From Vitrella brassicaformis CCMP3155 (Eukaryota > Protista > Chromerida), in contig CDMY01000971.1 of the NCBI GenBank assembly GCA_001179505.1, positions 1 to 7,590 of the forward strand: DNA of 7,590 nucleotides, in the 5' to 3' direction. A model generated the notes under the pieces. The model worked only from the letters and a program-made list of their open reading frames with translations. It ran no database searches and was not told the origin of the DNA. Each line of letters starts with the position of its first letter. Position 1 is the first letter of the stretch. This document shows, piece by piece, positions 1-6,891 of the stretch. The position numbers were made by a program, and so were the translations under genes.

Positions 1-120
1 TGGACTCTCCACAAAATCCACAGACCTTACGTTGCATTGACTTAATCCTTTATCCGGGACTGACCGCCCGGCAGATCCTCTCTTCACCATTCTCCCCGAC
101 TCTCTCCCACCTATTCTTAC

Positions 121-405
121 AGGACTGATGACGATGTCGCCGCCGTCCACCAGCTGCCACCCAGCCATGAAGTCGCCGATGTTGGTGACGTCCGGCACGA
201 CACGAGGCCTTCCGTGGGCGTTGACGTACTCCAGAGTCGTGGGCGCCACCGAGATCTCGCTGATGACCCCGCCGCCGGGCTGCCCGACGCCGGCCGCCGG
301 GCTGCCCTGCCGGACTTTCATGTCCATGTCTGCCGTCATGGTCCGCGGGTCGCCGTCGACAGTGATCTTGACGTCCTTGCTGAGCACGTCGAGTCGATCA
401 GCCAT
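121..405 (-). CDS. First coding exon (95 codons) of a gene continuing beyond the left window edge; hypothetical protein, possible beta-grasp/ubiquitin-like N-terminal domain
   Basis: Not in the ORF track because no stop lies inside the window. Hand translation from ATG at 405: MADRLDVLSKDVKITVDGDPRTMTADMDMKVRQGSPAAGVGQPGGGVISEISVAPTTLEYVNAHGRPRVVPDVTNIGDFMAGWQLVDGGDIVISP. Strong G/C third-position bias. Ends at a consensus donor CCT|GTAAGA (intron starts at 120, phase 0), where the codon bias is lost. The fold call is inference from the strand/turn pattern only. Confidence 0.8.
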
Positions 406-916
406 GAGTCGATGCGAGTCACGAGGAGGTGAAAGCGTCAATACTTGAGAAAGGAATGATCGCAAGAGCAAACGGGAGCCTCAGACGCGCAGAAGACCTC
501 GAAAGCGGCGTTTTGCTTTCGCGATCAGGGTTGCAAACCCTGTTGTTGTTGCGGCCTCGTCGTCGGCACTACCTCCGACGACCCTGTGGTGAGGGGACAA
601 GCAGACGGCAGCCACCCTGTGTGCGACCATTGCAGCTGCGATTTGCAGCGGAAAACACGACACAATCATTAGCCAGCACATGCACACAGACAGTCAATGG
701 ATATCGCTTTGTCGACGTCATGGATGTGCCGTGCTGTTTCAACTGGCTGGTCACACAGTCAGCTGATGGACAGGTGCTTCCGGTGGGGTGGGTTTTAGAT
801 GTCTTTCACACACGAGACACGCACAAGTCGGGGCATGAACACGTCTGCAAGAATGAAAGCTACAGTCTTCTCCCTCAATCAATGGCACCGAAGCGCCCGA
901 CAACTTATGCTCCCCT

Positions 917-954
917 CAGACACGCACATACACTACAGACACGCACATACACTA
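917..954. repeat. Perfect 19-bp tandem duplication (CAGACACGCACATACACTA x2)
   Basis: 917-935 and 936-954 are identical; lies just downstream of the kinase-like gene's stop. Confidence 0.95.
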
Positions 955-978
955 GGTCCGCCTCTCACTCACTCACCC

Positions 979-1569
979 TCAACCAAACAAACAACACCCA
1001 CCACTACTCGTCTCCCCCAACCACAGCCACCCTTGCACCGTCATGAACCCATGAAACCTCGCAAGCCCCTCCGGCACATACAGCCAACGCCCCCTCACCC
1101 ACCTCCCGCCCCGCTCGAATTGTGTCTCGCACTCATTCACCCATCCCCACTTCAGCTGCACAAGGCCGCCGTGAGGGAGGTGGATGCTGAATGTGTTGCT
1201 GCTCCACTGCAGCTCTCCATAGTAGTGCGATGGTGGGGTGATGGGGAAGATGGGCGGACCGCGCTGGACCGGCTGTGGGGGGCGCACCTGACGGGCTGAG
1301 TCGGGTGGGGGGAGGGAGGTGATGGGTCTCTCGTCCTCTCTCGACGCCTTTTCCTTCTTGTTGGCCGTCATGCCGGCAGGCTGCTGGGCAGTGCTGGGCT
1401 CAACACGCGGCTGGGTTGACGTGATGGGGTCGGGCGTGAACACAGGCACCGCTGCCACCGCCCTCGTATGCTGCTGGCCCTGCCCGTCATCCTCCCTCGC
1501 CGCCCCGGCCCTGCTGGCCACCGATGCTGGTGCTGCTGGTGTCGTCTGAGGCCCGTCGGCTGCCTCCTC

Positions 1570-1605
<36 letters not shown>

Positions 1606-3263
1606 GCCGTCGCTCACACCGTCGACCAGCCGCTTTTCCAGCTCACACAGCTTCGCCATGACGGTGGCAAGAGGCGGTCTGTCCGATGGCAGTGGAGCGA
1701 GGCAGGCAACGGCAATCTCTTCGATCGCCGCGATGAGGGAGCGGACGAACAGCAGCTCGGGCTCCTGGCGCTTGTGGATGGGCGTCTCCCCATCCTCGAC
1801 ACTGTGGAAGGCGCCGTGAGTGTCTCTCATAGCTGCCAGCCGCTCGCCCCAGCGGAGAGCCCACTCCAGGTCTCGCCGATAGGACGCCTTGGTGGCATCC
1901 TGCTCGTCTGCCGCGGCCTCGTGGTGGTCCAGCGCCCACGACGTCATGGCGCAGGTGTCGCCGGTGATGATCTGCCGCAGCAGCAGCCCGACGCCATACA
2001 CGGCAGCCCCCTCTCCCACCCGCAGGTACTCCTTCCCATCCTCCCCCACATACACCACCCCCCTCTGCCGGAGCTGCTCCTTCAGGACGCTGGCGGCCTT
2101 GCGCATCCTCTCGGCCTTGGGATCACCGTCAGGGATGCCGAACCTTCGCTGCCACGATGGCGGGTCTTGGTCGAGGACGGACATCGACAGGACGGCTATC
2201 TCTGGCGGGAGTGCGTAGGGCGTGAATTGCGGTACGTGGCCGCGCGCCTCCCTCTCTTTGACGTCCAAAGGCACGTGCGCATCACCCCCCAGCCGCTGCC
2301 GCTCCTCTTCACAGTCCGGGCCCCTGACGGCGTTGGCGATGTCAAGAGCGATGACGTGCTCATCGCACTTGAGAAGGAAGGGGCGGCGGGCGGTAGTGCT
2401 GTTGTTGGTGCTGCTGGCCATGGGGTGGGGGGGGGAGGAGGGCAGACAGACCGGAAGAGGCCGGGGTCCTCGAGGGCGTCCTGGTCGAGGAGGATGTCCT
2501 TGTTGAGGTTGTCGATGGCCTGGAGGGACCCGGCCACACACGCCATGTGGGGGAGTGTGTATAGTCCGGCCCCTCGAACGGCCATCGACAAGTCCTCAGT
2601 CACGGCCTCAGGCTGGATGCTGCTGGCCGAGCAATGCCGCCGGGCGATGTCTTTGGTGTTGTGCTGCTTCGCGAAATCAAAGACATCGATGTACTGCAGC
2701 CCGACTGCAAGGAGAAGGAAGACACACAGAGGAAATCACATGACTTTCTCCCTCGATGTATGCATGTCAGCCTTTTTACTCTGCAGGAAAGGCATGGCAA
2801 TGAAGATGCACTGTTTCTCGAGCACCTCCTCGCCCCTCGTCTCCTGCAGAATGGCTGGCTCGTCGGCGTTCGTGTGTTTCCCCCAGATGGGCACGAACCC
2901 CCTCTGCAGCAGCGTCGTACCCTCCCCAGCCTCTCCCATACCCTCAAGCAGCTGCTGCAGCCGGTCATGGTGGCGCACCTCGGCCGTGAGCGACCGCACC
3001 TCCTGCTGGCACTGCCTCTCGAGGCCCCCATCGCCGTCGCGGCTGATGAAAACAAGTTTGAATGCCGCCTCCTTGCCCTCGAAATGGCCCGAGAACACGC
3101 TGCTGTTGCCGGAATCCTTCACCTTCCCGAAGAGGGTGTGGGTGCCGGCGGCCGTAATGACGGCAAAGGTGGACGGGGGCTGGGCAGCTGCTATCCGGGC
3201 TGAGCCGCCTCCCTCGTGTGGCCCTGAGGCCGCTGCTGATGCATTGTCGCTTGCTGCTGACAT
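979..3263 (-). CDS. Divergent protein-kinase-fold protein (probable pseudokinase) with polyQ/Pro-rich linker and Trp/Gly-rich C-terminal module, ~718-736 aa; join(3263..2780, 2704..2452, ~2398..979)
   Basis: Three ORF-track pieces join in frame. Intron 1 (2779..2705, 75 nt, CAGA|GTAAAA...ttccttctccttgcAG|TC) restores frame. The junction at 2451..~2399 is either a short intron or a 1-nt frameshift in a C9 run. Kinase subdomains appear in order: Gly-loop-like GKVKDSGNSSVFSG, beta3 AAFK, alphaC QQEV, hinge IFIAMPFL, alphaE LQAIDNLNK, FLL...VIALDIANA (DFG position), FTPYALPPE (APE), AAVYGVGLLLRQIITG (subdomain IX), CLAPLPSDRP (subdomain XI). Confidence 0.8.
1570..1593 (-). repeat. (CAG)8 trinucleotide repeat encoding polyQ in the kinase-like protein linker
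   Basis: Plus strand (CTG)8; translates as QEQQQQQQQQEE in ORF 979..2541. Confidence 0.95.
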
Positions 3264-3343
3264 CTCGCTCGCTGTCGACGTGTTCGCTTGACGAACGAGA
3301 GCACACGACGAAGGTCTGTGTGCTCGAAATCACAAACCTCCGC

Positions 3344-3388
3344 GGCCCCCAAAGACGCCCACTGTCAGTCTTTGGGGGCCCCCAAAGA
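3344..3388. repeat. Three copies of GGCCCCCAAAGA in forward/reverse/forward orientation (13-bp inverted repeat plus overlapping 20-bp perfect palindrome)
   Basis: 3344-3356 GGCCCCCAAAGAC is the exact reverse complement of 3368-3380 GTCTTTGGGGGCC. 3369-3388 TCTTTGGGGGCCCCCAAAGA is self-complementary. Lies 80-125 bp upstream of the kinase-like ATG. Confidence 0.9.
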
Positions 3389-3438
3389 GGCGATGAATCA
3401 TGTGACGATGGTGTGGCACGTGGTGTGGCGATGGGTCT

Positions 3439-3470
3439 GACCCGCTTATGCGGTGACCCACTTACGCGGT
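3439..3470. repeat. Imperfect 16-bp tandem repeat (GACCCGCTTATGCGGT / GACCCACTTACGCGGT)
   Basis: Two adjacent units, 14/16 identical, in the intergenic region upstream of the kinase-like gene. Confidence 0.85.
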
Positions 3471-3903
3471 CTGGACTGTACAATGTCATCGGCTTCGGTC
3501 AACATCTGCAGCCATATCACGTGATGCCACTCACCTCATACATAGATCTACAGATCTAGGCACCCGCCCATGCAGGCATGCGACGTCTCTGTTTGTGTGT
3601 CTGTGTGTCTGTATGTGAGTGCACGGAGATGCACGGTGCAGCACAGCAATGTACACGGACAACAAATACCAACCGGTTGTGTGGCTGTGGGATGTGGGTA
3701 GTCCCGTCAGGCGCCACTCAGGCATCTCCCCGAACGACAAATAGTCCATCGACATCTCCATGTACACAACTGACGTGCACTTACTTGTACGGACAGAACG
3801 GAAGTAAAGACAGCTAATGGGCTGCACAAATCGGGTATGCACCATCCAAGTGCGCGTCACACCAAATGACGCACCAAAAAATACTCACAATGTCATCATC
3901 TCC

Positions 3904-3933
3904 CCCGACCCGACCCGACCCGACCCGACCCGA
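3904..3933. repeat. (CCCGA)6 pentanucleotide repeat; (TCGGG)6 on the minus strand
   Basis: Six perfect units, starting about 55 nt downstream of the predicted opine dehydrogenase stop. Confidence 0.95.
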
Positions 3934-3987
3934 CGCGCACTAGAGTCGGCCCAGACACCGCACCATCCATGTGTATACATATATCAA

Positions 3988-5905
3988 TCACACGGAGCAC
4001 ACACACGGCTGGTCGTCCTCGATAACCTCACTCATGCGCCTCTCCCCGAGCGTGCCCATCCTGCTGTGTATGTCAGGCACGCACATCTGCAGCAGATCGT
4101 CGAACGAGCGGCAGCCGAAAGCCTGGGGCGCGCGCGTCTCGCACAGGTCGCGACCACACAGCTGAGGGGCGGGCAGCAAGAAAGAAATGAAGGAAGTCTG
4201 TCTGGTGTATGTGAAGGTCTCTGCTGTGTGAGGTCGGTTACTTACCTTGTCGCCGACCAGCCACTCTTTGCCGAGCTTCCCTTGGCCCCATCGGATGAGG
4301 AAATCGACTGTGGGCATGCTGACGCCGACGAGTTGTGCGACGCCACGGGTGACCACCAGCCCATAGGGAAGATCGCTGTTCAGATACCTGTACACAGACA
4401 GATGTGGATTGAGTTAGACGCTCACACAACACACAAGGCCGTCGTGTGTCTCTGTGCGGGCGGGTGGCTGACCTGTAGTCAAAGTTGGGCACGACCATTC
4501 CGTCGCCCACATCAACCACAGGAGATGTCAGCGTGTCGTAACCTACACACACATGAAGCACATGGAGACACACAATATATAAATGAGCACACTGCCCTTA
4601 TGTCTCCCCCTCCCCCACAGCCACCTGGGTTGGTCTTGATGCACGACAGCGTGGTGCTCTCGTCAGTTATCTTGCCGTGGTAGTACTCGATCGACGACTC
4701 GCGAGTCGTTTTGATGGCCGACAGATCCAACAACGGGCAGCGCTGTCAGTGACAACGTATGCATCATTGTCATTCTCACACGATTGTGCTGCACCGTACC
4801 TGTTCGAGTGCGTGTCTGAGCTGTTGGTACTCATCGTCGAGTCGCTCGAGCATGTCAGCGGTGTCTTGGGTGATGTCTTTGTAGAAAAGCGGCACCTTGG
4901 AGCGGGCGAATGGCTTGCCGTCCCATTCGGCTATGCACACACAGAGGGAGGGGTCATGGCCATGATGTTTGTCTCTCTGCGTGTGTCTGTGTGTGTCTGT
5001 TTGCGTACCGAAGTGTCCGTACATGACGGCGGGATGGACCCAGTTGCATGGAGCGCTCAACGCCATCGCCAGCAACGAGCCTGCAGCCAGCCACCAAGGG
5101 GACACCGCACACAACACGTGGACACACTCAACGTGCGTGTGTGTGTGTCAGCCCTCCCTCCCTCCCTCCCTCCCTCCGTGTGTCAGCCTGCCCATGTGCC
5201 CACCGTGTGGTTCGAAGGGTATGTCCATGAGTTGCTGGAGTATGCGGGCGACCTCCCGCCCCTCGCTCGACGGCGACACGGCGATCTCCACCCCATCCTT
5301 CTCCTCTAACACCTCCACACAACGACCGTACCTACACACACACACACACAGACACACACACACTCAAAATACGGCATGGACGTCGATTCATGTGTGGATC
5401 GGTCCTTCGGTCAGCTGACTCGGTGGCCCTGCACGCCCAGGGCAAACACTGGATCTCGGCGAAGACGAGTTGCTGTGCGTTTGGTCCGAAGACCGACGGC
5501 GGGACGCCCCACCAGGCGCCCTCTACCGCACACACCCACTGACCAGGCCTGACCCAATAAGATGAGTACGGAGGGAAAGTGTCTGGTGTGCCTACGGTTG
5601 TACAGCATACCTGAAGTGCGGTGCCATGGCTTCGATCATGGGCTGGTGGTACTTGGCGGGGATCACGATGATCACCAAATCGACATAGGGCACCACCTAA
5701 ACACACACACACAGATACACATGGATTGACACACACATGTGTGTGGTGCTTACGTCAGCAGGGTTGTGTGTGGCGGTGGTCGGTGTGCCTTTGACTTTGC
5801 GGTCGCCCTCGACGTAATGCACTGTCACACCACCGGACTCTATCCCACTCAACCACTGTAAAGGCACATCACACACACATACAGTCGTCGCATTGTGGTG
5901 CAGTC

Positions 5906-5940
<35 letters not shown>

Positions 5941-6444
5941 TGTCTATGTACCTTGTCCACGTGTGGCGCTGCCGACACAAGCAGCGATACGTCTGCAGAC
6001 ACGACCGAACACACGCGAATCACCCTATCAGACGGATGCCCATCTATTTCTGTTTATGCCTACCATGTCCTTTGCTGGCAAACAGGCCAGCCATGACATG
6101 GCCGCCATTGCCGCCACCCGCAACACAGATACGCAACTTGGCCTTCGGCTTCCTGCATGACGCAGACAAGGAGAGACAATGTCATTTTTCTGTGCTGATG
6201 TTTTGTCCACTCATACCTGAATGAGCCCTTGGTCGTGGCTCTCGCCATGTGATCCGCATCGGAACCCAGCAACTCGTCGTCACTGCGCCTGCATACACGC
6301 ACGCACAAAAGACACAGCGCAGCTGCCGAGCCAGTGCATCTCGCCAGCTCATAGGAGCTACCATTTGTCGAGCGATTCCAATCTTGGTCTGTCAGAGGGC
6401 GTCGATGTGTCCACGGTGGACTCGGAAGGCTTCCGAAAGGCCAT
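3988..6444 (-). CDS. odh: Opine dehydrogenase family protein (octopine/tauropine dehydrogenase-like, NAD(P)-dependent), 14 exons, 478 aa; join(6444..6362, 6288..6217, 6152..6064, 5992..5952, 5855..5754, 5696..5611, 5548..5420, 5331..5204, 5080..5009, 4930..4800, 4742..4625, 4542..4473, 4387..4246, 4161..3988)
   Basis: All 13 introns are GT-AG (57-123 nt) with matching phases, giving 1437 nt. There is an in-frame TAA upstream of the ATG, which sits in AAAAATGG context. Family motifs in order: Rossmann RICVAGGGNGGH, DLVIIVIPA, LPWACR, EYGRCVEVL, VHPAVMYG, WDGKP, PLFY, TADML, EYYH, TNPGY, PNFDYRYLNSDLPYGLVV, IRWGQGKLGKEWLV, ETRAPQAFG. These are collinear with scallop octopine dehydrogenase as I recall it. 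The symbol is family-level; the substrate is not established. The 3' end of the last exon is less certain (possible extra donor CC|GTGTGT near 4008). Confidence 0.93.
5143..5188. repeat. (CTCC)6 tract flanked by an 11-bp direct repeat GTGTGTCAGCC, inside intron 8 of the opine dehydrogenase
   Basis: GTGTGTCAGCC at 5143-5153 and 5178-5188; (CTCC)6 at 5154-5177. Confidence 0.9.
5334..5363. repeat. Interrupted (AC)n microsatellite at the acceptor end of intron 7
   Basis: AC run with one G interruption at 5351; reads (GT)n-AG on the gene's sense strand. Confidence 0.9.
5906..5943. repeat. Compound microsatellite (CT)9(GT)10 in intron 4
   Basis: Direct read of the sequence. Confidence 0.95.
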
Positions 6445-6891
6445 TTTTTCGAGTCGTCTGCGAGCTTAGAAGTGGCAGATCGCAATCCGTCTTGACTTCT
6501 CCCTTGCTCCGGGCTGTGACTTGCTCCCTTGGGGTCTGTCCAAGAATGCCACACAGCAGGAATTGTCTGTCGACTGCCCTGCATACTTGTGAGCGCTGTG
6601 TCTTATATTATGCTCTTCTACTTCTCGTCTCCTGTTTGTCGCACCACTCTGTCCATCTCTTTTTGGACACTGCTCCGCACGCTTCCATTGCCCTGCGGTC
6701 TTGTCTTTTGCTGACCTCTAGACCCTCATCACATGGCAGCCACAGATCTAAGGCATACATCATACGGCTCCTTTCTAAGGGAGAATACCGACCGGAGTAT
6801 TTCAGCTGGACCCAGTCCCATTATTCCATCGCCCCCCAAAAACCTCCCATTTGCTCGAACCCCCTTCCTAGTTCCGTTGCTCAGCACCAGA
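6445..6891. promoter_or_regulatory. Divergent (head-to-head) intergenic region; probable shared or bidirectional promoter plus 5' UTRs
   Basis: 447 bp between ATG 6444 (-) and ATG 6892 (+). Contains the most AT/pyrimidine-rich patch nearby (TTATATTA around 6603-6610). No transcription start can be assigned from sequence. Confidence 0.55.

Noticed and set aside
1-120. Frame stays open from the exon at 121-405 to the window edge
   Set aside because: A consensus GTAAGA donor and loss of codon bias favour an intron; 40 stop-free codons are unremarkable.
429-1299. ORFs 429..1046 (+), 799..1299 (+), 481..687 (-), 569..754 (-)
   Set aside because: No codon bias or motifs; His/Thr runs come from CA repeats. 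Treated as intergenic/UTR or antisense shadow.
1468-3291. 607-aa plus-strand ORF antisense to the kinase-like gene
   Set aside because: Over 1468-2400 it is in exact antisense codon register with the GC3-rich kinase exon, where TTA/CTA/TCA codons are rare, so stops are depleted. Its poly-Leu is the reverse of the polyQ and it has no motif. It is a shadow ORF.
3344-3470. Palindromic and tandem repeats as a CRISPR array or MITE
   Set aside because: Only 2-3 short units, no repeat-spacer periodicity, no cas genes, no terminal inverted repeats with target-site duplication, and the context is eukaryotic.
3817-4683. 288-aa plus-strand ORF antisense to the dehydrogenase 3' exons
   Set aside because: Translates microsatellites (PDPTRPDPT, HTTH) and crosses opposite-strand introns; no recognisable motif.
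4162-5951. Three dehydrogenase introns (4: 96 nt, 9: 78 nt, 13: 84 nt) are multiples of three with no in-frame stop
   Set aside because: Retention would add microsatellite-derived junk inside conserved structure. Three of 13 is not clearly above chance for stop-poor AC/GT-rich introns. Noted only as a gene-prediction trap.
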